The notes under the pieces: generated by a model
Told to the model about the DNA's origin: nothing
The model's input: only the letters and a program-made list of their open reading frames with translations
Databases searched by the model: none
Shown here: positions 1 to 8,534 of the stretch, piece after piece
Layout: every line of letters starts with the position of its first letter
Position numbering within the stretch: the first letter of the stretch is position 1
Program-made: the position numbers and the translations under genes
Virus record (IMG/VR): IMGVR_UViG_3300033125_000241
Span: 1 to 63,409 of that record
Reading direction: 5' to 3' (one strand)
Source of the DNA: a virus
Taxonomy: Duplodnaviria > Caudoviricetes
DNA length: 63,409 nt

Positions 1-2
1 CC

Positions 3-710
3 ATGAAATTAATATTCAGAATTGGTGATACATTGCAAGTAATAAGCAAGTCAACCACTAGCAACAAAAAAATTGAAGCCGACAATAAAAGAAAGATTGT
101 CCAAACGTACACATTCAGTAGAAAACAGTTTGAATTGATAGCTAATGGAACGAATGACGGAATGAAAACTTTCTTCAGTAACGCTGATACAAATTGTTTG
201 GATTGTCCATTCAATGAATTCGGCAAATGCTATACACATAAATTCAATCAGTATGTTGGTTTTATCAGTATGTTGAAAAGCATTGCAAAAGATCACCCAA
301 CATTCGAAAGTCTACCGACATTCAAATACGACATGATTCTTCAAGCTAGGGAAATGTCGCAAGGTACATACGTTCGATTCGGAACGTATGGTGAACCTTC
401 ACTACATCCAATTAAAATGATAGAAGAAATGTCGATTGTTGCGGATAATTGGACCGGATACACACATCAATGGATTCGAAATGATTTAAGTAAATTCTTC
501 ATGGCTTCAACACATGACATCGAAGGTGAAATTGTCGCAAGGTTAAAAGGCTATAGAAGTTACATTGCTACGGAATCTAAGATAGACGGAATTGTAAATT
601 GTCCTGCAAGCAAGGAAGCAGGAATGAAATCAACATGCAGCAAATGCAATTTGTGTAGTGGTACATTAGGAACGAAATCAAATAAATCTATTTACATTTT
701 AAATCATTAA
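3..710 (+). CDS. Cys-rich phage protein, putative Fe-S/metal-binding enzyme (gp88-like)
   Basis: CxxC…C, RFGTYGEP, WTGYTHQW and CPAS…CxxCxxC motifs; family recalled from memory. Confidence 0.55.
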   Translation: MKLIFRIGDTLQVISKSTTSNKKIEADNKRKIVQTYTFSRKQFELIANGTNDGMKTFFSNADTNCLDCPFNEFGKCYTHKFNQYVGFISMLKSIAKDHPTFESLPTFKYDMILQAREMSQGTYVRFGTYGEPSLHPIKMIEEMSIVADNWTGYTHQWIRNDLSKFFMASTHDIEGEIVARLKGYRSYIATESKIDGIVNCPASKEAGMKSTCSKCNLCSGTLGTKSNKSIYILNH

Positions 711-713
711 ACT

Positions 714-977
714 ATGAAAATTATCATCACATCGAATTACGGATTCGATCACAATTGGACATTACTAATCAAGAATAAAAGTTTTTACCTAGGACAAGAT
801 GTCAAATTTTGTCATCGAGTCTTAGGTATATCACCAAGGGAAGTTGTTCAGCAAATCGGAAGCGCAAATATTCAGGACGAAAAAGTCAATAGAAAGCTCG
901 CTCGATTTATTGTAAAACAGTTAGGAGGAACAAAAACAATTATTAACCTTCAGCCATGGGAATTGTGCGCTGAGTAA
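714..977 (+). CDS. hypothetical early protein
   Basis: ORF in tightly packed array with A-rich start. Confidence 0.7.
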   Translation: MKIIITSNYGFDHNWTLLIKNKSFYLGQDVKFCHRVLGISPREVVQQIGSANIQDEKVNRKLARFIVKQLGGTKTIINLQPWELCAE

Positions 978-989
978 AAACAAATAGCT

Positions 990-1208
990 ATGCATAATAT
1001 AAAAGAATATTCCGTTGATATAGATTTGATTAACGGAGAACAAGAAAGAGAATTAAATTATAAATCATTTGAGAAAGCAAAAAAAATATTTGACAAGTAT
1101 GCTCAAACAATGATTTACGATGATGAACAAATTGATAACATACAACTAGTAGCCGTTTTTAAAAATGGCGATTATGAATCATTAGATGTAAAGTTTTCTG
1201 ATTATTAA
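990..1208 (+). CDS. hypothetical early protein
   Basis: ORF preceded by aaacaaatagctATG. Confidence 0.7.
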   Translation: MHNIKEYSVDIDLINGEQERELNYKSFEKAKKIFDKYAQTMIYDDEQIDNIQLVAVFKNGDYESLDVKFSDY

Positions 1209-1226
1209 TTTAAAAAACAAATAGAT

Positions 1227-1472
1227 ATGGAAGAGATACTAAAACAACTAGCAAAATTAGAACTAGATGTGTTCACTTATTACAAGAGATTTAACATACA
1301 CGATTCAAGAAGTACTGATAAAAAGTTGTATGTTGATACATCTAAGATGACAAAGAAAGGTGACACATTTTATGAGTACAAGAATGACATGTTGGAATTC
1401 TTGAATGAGCCAAAAAAAATTGGTGCATACACATTCGAACGAAATAATAACGATATAATAATAACACTATGA
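1227..1472 (+). CDS. hypothetical early protein
   Basis: ORF preceded by aaacaaatagatATG. Confidence 0.7.
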   Translation: MEEILKQLAKLELDVFTYYKRFNIHDSRSTDKKLYVDTSKMTKKGDTFYEYKNDMLEFLNEPKKIGAYTFERNNNDIIITL

Positions 1473-2026
1473 AAGTACAAACATATCTACCACTATTCAG
1501 TGGTTTCTATGGATCGCACTGGGATGATCCATGTTTTGATGGGGAGGAAGATATCTTCGACCTGCCTAAAGACAAAGAGTTTTGGGAATTTATAAATTGG
1601 AAAGATTATCAAAATCATATTGCAAAGGAGATGTGTAACGAAGTTCAATACTTGTTATCAGACTTTGTATCCGATATTGAATTCGAATGTGTAATCAGCC
1701 CAAAGTACTACAACTTCAGTAATGACTCAATAAATTGCGAGATAACGTTTGATGATTCCAAAATACTAGAATACCTTAACGAAAATCAAGAAGCATTTTC
1801 AGCCTATATAAGAGAGCGATATACATCAAGGGATGGCTTCATATCAAGCTATGAGAATAATGCGTCAGAATGGCTACATGAATGGCAAGAGCATAGTCAC
1901 AAGGTAGGAAGCATACTTCAATTCATATGCGAGAACGAAAGATTTGAAGAACCATGGGATATTGCAGATTGCCATGTAAGTTTATTTTATAACGAAGAAA
2001 TATATCAATATGAGAGACCTGTTTGA
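1469..2026 (+). CDS. acidic hypothetical early protein
   Basis: 185 aa, ATGA-coupled, D/E-rich. Confidence 0.75.
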   Translation: MKVQTYLPLFSGFYGSHWDDPCFDGEEDIFDLPKDKEFWEFINWKDYQNHIAKEMCNEVQYLLSDFVSDIEFECVISPKYYNFSNDSINCEITFDDSKILEYLNENQEAFSAYIRERYTSRDGFISSYENNASEWLHEWQEHSHKVGSILQFICENERFEEPWDIADCHVSLFYNEEIYQYERPV

Positions 2027-2195
2027 AACACCCGAATTAATACCACATGATGTTCAAGCTATACTTGAATCATTCGATGAGGAATCTTCTAACACGTATA
2101 AAGAGTTAGATAGAATAGTAAATGAATTAGAGTTAATCGGATACACATTTGACTACGGCATGGGTGCTGAGCCATATAATTTAAGAAAGTTATGA
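2010..2195 (+). CDS. hypothetical protein
   Basis: coupled small ORF. Confidence 0.7.
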   Translation: MRDLFETPELIPHDVQAILESFDEESSNTYKELDRIVNELELIGYTFDYGMGAEPYNLRKL

Positions 2196-2422
2196 GAGAA
2201 CAAATTTTAGCAACAAACGGAAAGTTCTTCTCCGTATCGTTCATCAAGAAGGATGGAACAGAAAGAAGAATGACAGCTCGATTGGGAGTGAAGAAGGACA
2301 TCAAAGGGGTAGGACTAAAGTTCAACCCCTCAGAACGCAATCTAATCGTAGTCTTTGACATCCATAAGAAAGCATATCGAATGATTAACCTATCAACAAT
2401 ATTAACCTTTAAATTTAAGTAG
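2192..2422 (+). CDS. WYL_2/DUF2693-like SH3-fold protein
   Basis: FSVSFIKKDGTERRM…VFDIHKKAYR signature. Confidence 0.6.
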   Translation: MREQILATNGKFFSVSFIKKDGTERRMTARLGVKKDIKGVGLKFNPSERNLIVVFDIHKKAYRMINLSTILTFKFK

Positions 2423-2424
2423 CC

Positions 2425-2610
2425 ATGAGTAGACACATTTGGGAAGGATGGACCGTTCAAGATTTTATAGATGAACTAGAGGTGACATTCAAGTATCAAA
2501 AATTTAGTACAAAGGATGATGTAAAGAAGTGGTGTAAATCAGAGCAGCCTTACTATAAGAAACACATCCCCGAAGTAGCAAATTATTTTATTAAAAAAGC
2601 AGGACTATGA
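2425..2610 (+). CDS. hypothetical protein
   Basis: coupled small ORF. Confidence 0.7.
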   Translation: MSRHIWEGWTVQDFIDELEVTFKYQKFSTKDDVKKWCKSEQPYYKKHIPEVANYFIKKAGL

Positions 2611-2828
2611 GAACAATAATTGAGGCAGGTTTAAATATCAATACTGGCGATAAATTTACAACCTATCAATGCCATGGAATCTTTACAATTAAAAAAGTAT
2701 TTGATAAATCAATTCAAGCTTATAATAGCGAAGATATTTATACTTACAATATAGATACAGATGATTTAATTAAACTAAAAATTAACTTAATTAAAACCAA
2801 CCAAAATGACAACAGAACAAATGATTGA
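2607..2828 (+). CDS. hypothetical protein
   Basis: coupled small ORF. Confidence 0.6.
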   Translation: MRTIIEAGLNINTGDKFTTYQCHGIFTIKKVFDKSIQAYNSEDIYTYNIDTDDLIKLKINLIKTNQNDNRTND

Positions 2829-2988
2829 ACTAGCGAGCGAACTGGCGCACGATAGAACGTTATATGAATCGGGAGATATATGTAACAATGAGGACGATAT
2901 GTATGACGGTGAGAATTACACCGAAGATATACAGGAACGCTTCAACGAATGGTATGACTATTACTTAACTAAAATTGAATCAATATGA
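2806..2988 (+). CDS. small acidic protein
   Basis: 60 aa, very D/E-rich. Confidence 0.65.
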   Translation: MTTEQMIELASELAHDRTLYESGDICNNEDDMYDGENYTEDIQERFNEWYDYYLTKIESI

Positions 2989-3200
2989 CAACAGTAGAAG
3001 CAAAACAAGTACTCAAGCAAGCAGGATACTTTGTAGACAACCTATGGCACATTCAAGATGTGTATAATGTCGCTGACGGAGACATACAAAAAGACCAAGC
3101 TATGCAAGTATTAAGCATGGCATTGACGAATGAAGCAACGATGGAACAAATTTGGCTAGCAATCCAAATGGCAACCGAAATATTAACCGAACAAAAATAA
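2985..3200 (+). CDS. hypothetical protein
   Basis: coupled small ORF. Confidence 0.7.
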   Translation: MTTVEAKQVLKQAGYFVDNLWHIQDVYNVADGDIQKDQAMQVLSMALTNEATMEQIWLAIQMATEILTEQK

Positions 3201-3275
3201 ATAGCAATGGAACGAGACGAAATAAACGACCTAATAAAAGAATGGTTGGATTGGAATTAATTAAAACTTATAGAT

Positions 3276-3440
3276 ATGAAAAAAGACCAAGCAAGAGAAC
3301 GAGCAATTGAACTGTATAACGAAATGCAATCCATCCAACAGATCAGTCTGGGAGAAATAGTATTATACCAAAATGAAATCAGAAAGATAGGAAAGCGAGC
3401 CGGATTGCTACGAGAGTTCAGGGAGAATGGATTGATATAA
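3276..3440 (+). CDS. hypothetical protein (54 aa, not in ORF track)
   Basis: MKKDQARERAIELY…LLREFRENGLI*, A-rich leader. Confidence 0.6.
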   Translation: MKKDQARERAIELYNEMQSIQQISLGEIVLYQNEIRKIGKRAGLLREFRENGLI

Positions 3441-3818
3441 AGTGTTACGTTAAGTCAGCATACTTAAAGTGTTGATTGTGAGAAAGATAAACTCTAAAAT
3501 TAGAGTTTTGGAATGTTGAAATTTTTTATTTTGTGTTAACTGAAAAAAGTTATTTAATTGATAATCAGTAGATTAGTTAAAAAAAATGTCAAAGTGTCAA
3601 CTTTAAGTCTATACTGCGGAGAATATTTTCTCTATATATGGGGTTTATTTCTTGATTAACCTTATTATTATATGATTAACTTTTTTTTATTTATAATATA
3701 AGGAAGAAAATTACCATTTTAACACAAAGTACTATAGAATAAGGGATTGAACAATAAAATGTTGACAACTTTTAACACAAAAAATAAGAAAAATAACATT
3801 TCGTTTAATTTTTAACAC
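3441..3818. other. candidate replication origin (AT-rich, repeated TGTYRA/TYAACA motifs)
   Basis: gene-free ~380 bp with convergent short repeats around an AT-rich core. Confidence 0.45.
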
Positions 3819-3826
3819 TAATTTTG
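3819..3826 (+). promoter_or_regulatory. Bacteroidota -7 promoter element TAATTTTG
   Basis: matches TAnnTTTG. Confidence 0.65.
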
Positions 3827-3830
3827 TCCT

Positions 3831-3937
3831 TGTTCGGTGCAGGGACAGAAGTTAATCAAAAAATTGAACAACCTTTTCGGTTAGTAGAGCTGCACCCTCG
3901 AAAGCCGAGAAGGTTTTTCGCTTTAAAAAGGTGCAGT
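3831..3937 (+). ncRNA. structured 5' leader (kissing loop + loop E), copy A
   Basis: loop GGTGCAG complementary to loop CTGCACC; AGTA/GAA internal loop; same architecture at 16051. Confidence 0.65.
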
Positions 3938-4585
3938 ATGAAAAGAGTATGCAACACGTGTCACAATGTAAAGTACACAAATGAGTTCAATGGAGAATCT
4001 TACAGGTGTAATGATTGCCAAAGTAAAATAATCCCTAAAAGTGTTCGAGTAAAAGAATACATAAAAAAAAGAAGGGAGGAAGATCCTTTATTCAGATTAA
4101 GGACAAGCATAGTATCAAAAACAGGTCAAGCAATCAAAGCTAAGAAATGGCAAGTAGGAGGATACAACGAAAGATTGTTTGGATGTGATAGAGACACATT
4201 AATAAAACATCTTGAAAGAAAGTTCAAACATGGAATGAGTTGGAGTAACAGACCTTTATGGCACATAGACCATGTTGTACCATTGTCTAGTGCTAAAACT
4301 GAAGAGCAAATGTATAGTTTAGCAAGATACACTAACTTATCTCCGGAGTGGAAGAACGATAATTTAAGAAAATCTTCTAGTATACCATTTCAAGTTTTTA
4401 GAGAGGGTGGAGAGAATGATCACGCTGAGAAAATATTTCAGTGGTATTATTTTAAAACTGATTGCACTAGAAACATTGCAGTAGATTGTGCGATATATGC
4501 AATAGATTTATTATTAATAAATTCATTAGCTCATATATCATATTGGGAAAGAGTAAAAGAAGTATTAAAAAGTTATAAAATATGA
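3938..4585 (+). CDS. HNH endonuclease with N-terminal Zn ribbon and fused C-terminal helical domain
   Basis: CxxC…CxxC; WHIDHVVP…YTNL…DNLRK; start moved from TTG 3824 to ATG 3938. Confidence 0.8.
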   Translation: MKRVCNTCHNVKYTNEFNGESYRCNDCQSKIIPKSVRVKEYIKKRREEDPLFRLRTSIVSKTGQAIKAKKWQVGGYNERLFGCDRDTLIKHLERKFKHGMSWSNRPLWHIDHVVPLSSAKTEEQMYSLARYTNLSPEWKNDNLRKSSSIPFQVFREGGENDHAEKIFQWYYFKTDCTRNIAVDCAIYAIDLLLINSLAHISYWERVKEVLKSYKI

Positions 4586-4605
4586 TTTATTAAAAGAAGG
4601 AAATA

Positions 4606-4791
4606 ATGGAGCTAGATTTTTTGGACAACATATTGAATAGGCTAATAGAGTTACCTATCAATAAGCAGAAAGAGTCGTTGCACAATGCATCGATAATAAT
4701 GGATAACTGGGCTGAGATAAGCCATTCACTAACAAGCAGAGCCATAGACTTGGAGTACTATGAGTTATGCGCAATATTGAGAGACATATGA
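4606..4791 (+). CDS. small protein with UVR-like C-terminal motif
   Basis: AIDLEYYELCAILRD. Confidence 0.6.
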   Translation: MELDFLDNILNRLIELPINKQKESLHNASIIMDNWAEISHSLTSRAIDLEYYELCAILRDI

Positions 4792-5099
4792 AAATAGGAG
4801 ACAAAGTAATTGCGTTAAGCAATGCACCTGACGACCGGTGTCAGTTCAGGATGAAGGGAAGTGTGTACATGGTAAATTCATTATCTTACTGTGTGATGTG
4901 CATGAAAACTTTAATTAACATAGGTCAACGCTCTAATAATCAAGCGGTTATGTGCAAGTGTGGGATGATGTTAGACACAAAGGGATTGATGTGGACACCG
5001 CAGGATGAGTTCGTCTTACTTTCTGACAAGCAAGAAGCACTAGACAAGGCAGTCAAGGAAGAGGACTATGAGTTTGCGGCTAAATTGAGGGACTTATGA
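4788..5099 (+). CDS. Zn-finger + UVR (UvrB/UvrC motif) protein
   Basis: CVMC…CKC; LDKAVKEEDYEFAAKLRD. Confidence 0.7.
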   Translation: MKIGDKVIALSNAPDDRCQFRMKGSVYMVNSLSYCVMCMKTLINIGQRSNNQAVMCKCGMMLDTKGLMWTPQDEFVLLSDKQEALDKAVKEEDYEFAAKLRDL

Positions 5100-5326
5100 C
5101 ACCACACGAGAGAGCAGTAGAGATATTTGAACAATACTTCTTTAAGCTATCATGTCATTTTCATGCTGTTGGAGATGAAGTTGCCAAGCAATGCGCATTA
5201 ATTGCGGTTGATGAGATGTTGGAAGAGATACTAGAAAACTGGTATGGCGAGTACATCAATATCGAATGGGAGAAAGAACGGATTGAGTATTGGAATGAAG
5301 TTAGAAACGAAATAGAAAAATTATGA
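5096..5326 (+). CDS. conserved phage hypothetical protein
   Basis: AKQCALIAVDE…YWNEVRNEIEKL. Confidence 0.75.
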   Translation: MTPHERAVEIFEQYFFKLSCHFHAVGDEVAKQCALIAVDEMLEEILENWYGEYINIEWEKERIEYWNEVRNEIEKL

Positions 5327-5721
5327 GAGCACTACCAAAAAACAAAGTAGATGAGATAAGGCATCAATACATGACTACTGACATAACAATGGATCAGTTG
5401 GGATTAAAGTATGGAGTAACAGCTACGAGTATAAGTAGATATTTAAGGGGGTTTGACTGCGAGAATAAAAAACGAGGTACTGGATCTGTTGAGAACTACT
5501 GTAACTTTACTAAGTTAAGCCGTATGTCTGTAAAGAGGATTATCATACTTAGATTAAAGTATGGGTTAACTCAAAAAAGAATAGCTAAGTTATTTGGTGT
5601 GGATCAGTCAACAATCTCAAAGATGTTAAATGGTCATTCATGGAAGCATTTATTCCAAGGCGCAAAGAAGAAATATAATCAAGAAATTTTAACCTTTAAA
5701 TCAGATGAAAGAAAAACTTGA
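5323..5721 (+). CDS. tandem helix-turn-helix DNA-binding protein
   Basis: TMDQLGLKYGVTATSISRYL and TQKRIAKLFGVDQSTISKML. Confidence 0.75.
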   Translation: MRALPKNKVDEIRHQYMTTDITMDQLGLKYGVTATSISRYLRGFDCENKKRGTGSVENYCNFTKLSRMSVKRIIILRLKYGLTQKRIAKLFGVDQSTISKMLNGHSWKHLFQGAKKKYNQEILTFKSDERKT

Positions 5722-5863
5722 GGAAGCTTCTTGGAAGTACAACCAGCTAAATAAATTGGATGGTGAGTTTATAAGGCATGCCTTTATTGAGGGTGCTAAA
5801 TGGATGTTAGAGCAGTTGCAAGACTTTGACACATGGAAAGAATTTAAGGACGAAGAAATATGA
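5705..5863 (+). CDS. hypothetical protein (52 aa, not in ORF track)
   Basis: MKEKLEEAS…AFIEGAKWM, fills the gap with coupled ends. Confidence 0.6.
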   Translation: MKEKLEEASWKYNQLNKLDGEFIRHAFIEGAKWMLEQLQDFDTWKEFKDEEI

Positions 5864-6120
5864 GTACAACATTTGGAATACCAAGAGAGCCTATCGACAT
5901 AGAGTTAGGTGATGAAGATGGTGTATACTACTACATCGACACAGACATATTTGACAAGGTATGGTTCAGGAGCATGCATAACAGTAGATGGCTAAGTGAT
6001 TTAGCTAAGTTGTTACCTGACGACACTAGGGTGTATGCCTTGGACAACAGTCAGCAGGGAGTTTATACAATTGGAGATATTAAAAATTTAATGAAGCAAG
6101 AACTATGGAAACAGGAGTAG
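5860..6120 (+). CDS. hypothetical protein
   Basis: coupled ORF. Confidence 0.7.
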   Translation: MSTTFGIPREPIDIELGDEDGVYYYIDTDIFDKVWFRSMHNSRWLSDLAKLLPDDTRVYALDNSQQGVYTIGDIKNLMKQELWKQE

Positions 6121-6254
6121 AGATGTTGGTCAGAGAGTTGACCGCTATGGGTATCGAGATACCTCAAGAGATTATTAAGCGAGCGAAGTTTCGTGAGCAG
6201 ATGTTACTTGACTTAGAATGGCAGTTAGGATATGGAGAGAAGGAAAACAGCTAG
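6105..6254 (+). CDS. hypothetical protein (49 aa, not in ORF track)
   Basis: METGVEMLVREL…. Confidence 0.5.
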   Translation: METGVEMLVRELTAMGIEIPQEIIKRAKFREQMLLDLEWQLGYGEKENS

Positions 6255-6744
6255 GTTTGTCGGCCAGTCGTATTTATCGTGCGGTAGGTATGGCTTTCGG
6301 TTTGTCTCCGGGTGGGACAAGCATTTCTCTCGCATATCGATGCGTGAGTTGTATCAAGTATTTAAACCAATATACAAGAACGATGAGTAGTGCATTAATA
6401 GTAGTAGTAATAGGATTTGCTATAGTAGCGATTAGAGTATTCACTGAAACAAATAGAAAAGATGATTAAGTTCCACATTTGTTACCTGGTAGGCAAGGAC
6501 TTGTGTACGGGTATAAACATTCATGCATCTAGTTATGAGGATGCGTTAAAAAGATTTAAACGTAAAAATAAAATTTTGTACATATGCTTAATGGATTGAT
6601 AGTTTTTTTAATGCCAACAATTTTCTTTGCGATCATGGCGGCTAGTAGTTTAATCAAGAATGACATACTTCGGGTTGGTGGGGTATTTATTGGTTTTGCT
6701 GGCATGATGGCATCAGTAATTATATTTATTATAAGTGTAATATT

Positions 6745-7134
6745 ATGGGTAGGTTATTAGTTTCTTTCATGTTACTAGGTAACATGACAGCATTTAGTCA
6801 GTTAGGCTACATGCGTGACTTTAGGATGAACAGTCATGGGTTATATGAGATGACGTTCAAGGATGTCAAGCAGGCTATTCACAAGTACAACTATGTGTTG
6901 GACATGAATGGTTCTGACACGAGTGGTGTTGTGTATAATGTCACAAACAATCCAATTGACTTCGGGTTCTTTAATAACAATCCGAACATTGACAGTGTTG
7001 TTGTCAGTATGTTTTTACGTGACGGCAATCGGTATAAGATAATGTTTGGATACATTGACGCAAGCGTTGAGAAACGTTTCTTTGATGTTATTGACGAGGA
7101 AGGATTTGAAACAACTTTAGTATATAGACCATGA
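6745..7134 (+). CDS. putative exported protein
   Basis: signal-peptide-like N-terminus ending AFS-Q. Confidence 0.6.
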   Translation: MGRLLVSFMLLGNMTAFSQLGYMRDFRMNSHGLYEMTFKDVKQAIHKYNYVLDMNGSDTSGVVYNVTNNPIDFGFFNNNPNIDSVVVSMFLRDGNRYKIMFGYIDASVEKRFFDVIDEEGFETTLVYRP

Positions 7135-8534
7135 AAGTATTATCATTATTTGACGGAATATCAGCAGGCCAGCTTGCACTACAGCGAGCTGGTATTGTTG
7201 TAGATGCGTACTATGCAAGTGAGATTGACAAGTATGCTATAAGTGTAACACAAAAGAACTACCCAAACACCATTCAATTGGGTGACGTAACGAAGTGGCG
7301 AGAGTGGGACATACCATGGGGAGAGATTGACCTAGTGATAGGTGGGTCGCCTTGTCAAGGATTCAGTTTTGCAGGTAAGCAGTTGAACTTCAACGACCCG
7401 AGATCAGCGTTGTTCTTTGTATTCGTTGATATATGTCATCGTGTAGCTGACGAGAATCCTAAGATGCGATTCATGTTAGAGAACGTTCGGATGAAGAAGG
7501 AGTATCAAGATGTGATTACTGGATACTTTGGTGTTGAGCCAATTGCTATCAATAGTTCATTGGTGTCGGCTCAGAACAGATATCGATTGTATTGGACAAA
7601 CATCCCTAACGTCACTCAGCCTGATGACAAGGGGATATTGTTGAGGGATATAATTCAGCATGACGTAAGACTTAATATGTTTAATACATATAATAATGAT
7701 TTATCAACTTCTGATTTAGAAACATTCTCTAATAGAAGAGTTGCTGAATGTACTGAAAGCAATAAAGATGTCATTAACGATGTTTGCATTTTAGATTCTT
7801 ATAACAATAAAGTTTATAATGATAAGTCACCTACAATTACTACTCGTGTATCTGCTAGTAATCTTACTCATTTAGTTAAGAAAGAGAATATGGTTGTCAT
7901 TGACGATAAATATTATTTATCTCAAGAAGCAATTGATTACATGGATAGGTTGCGTAATGGAAAGCCTAGATGGGAATATCACAAGAACAACTTAGATGGC
8001 AAAGCAGCATGTCTAACAGCCAACATGCATAAAGGTGTGCCGTATGGTGTGTTGAGAATAACTGGTGCTAGACAAACAGGAAGATATTTAGTTGATGGCA
8101 AACGTGCCGACCATACTGTTGATAGTATGAAAGGTTTAACTAAACAGCGAATTGAATTTAGAGAGGATGGCAAGTCGAACTGTTTGACAAGCGTTCAAAA
8201 AGATTCTTTGGTTGGGATATTAAAAGTTCCTGAAGCAACAAAGAAAGGTTACGTTGAAGTTCATCCGAACGAAGGAGTTGACTTGACATTTATCAATTCA
8301 AAAACTAGGAGAGGCAGACTTATGAAAGACAAGTCAAATTGTTTAACAGCTACTAACTATGATTATTGTTGGTACGATGGGTATATCTGTCGCAAGTTAA
8401 CACCAATCGAATGCGAACGTCTACAGACCTTTCCTGACAATTGGACGGAAGGTATATCAAACACTCAGAGGTACAAGGCATTGGGTAATAGTTGGACAGT
8501 TGACGTAGTAACACATATATTCAAGAACTTATGA
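7131..8534 (+). CDS. DNA (cytosine-5)-methyltransferase with expanded variable region
   Basis: SLFDGI, GGSPCQGFS, ENV, QNRYRLY, ERLQTFP, YKALGNS motifs. Confidence 0.95.
   Translation: MKVLSLFDGISAGQLALQRAGIVVDAYYASEIDKYAISVTQKNYPNTIQLGDVTKWREWDIPWGEIDLVIGGSPCQGFSFAGKQLNFNDPRSALFFVFVDICHRVADENPKMRFMLENVRMKKEYQDVITGYFGVEPIAINSSLVSAQNRYRLYWTNIPNVTQPDDKGILLRDIIQHDVRLNMFNTYNNDLSTSDLETFSNRRVAECTESNKDVINDVCILDSYNNKVYNDKSPTITTRVSASNLTHLVKKENMVVIDDKYYLSQEAIDYMDRLRNGKPRWEYHKNNLDGKAACLTANMHKGVPYGVLRITGARQTGRYLVDGKRADHTVDSMKGLTKQRIEFREDGKSNCLTSVQKDSLVGILKVPEATKKGYVEVHPNEGVDLTFINSKTRRGRLMKDKSNCLTATNYDYCWYDGYICRKLTPIECERLQTFPDNWTEGISNTQRYKALGNSWTVDVVTHIFKNL

Noticed and set aside
3824-3937. N-terminal extension of the HNH ORF from TTG 3824
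   Set aside because: The TTG lies within the promoter element and the region forms the structured leader; ATG 3938 is more plausible.
6218-6469. 83-aa ORF as called
   Set aside because: Overlaps the 6105-6254 ORF; only the hydrophobic end from ATG 6383 looks plausible, so it was not annotated.
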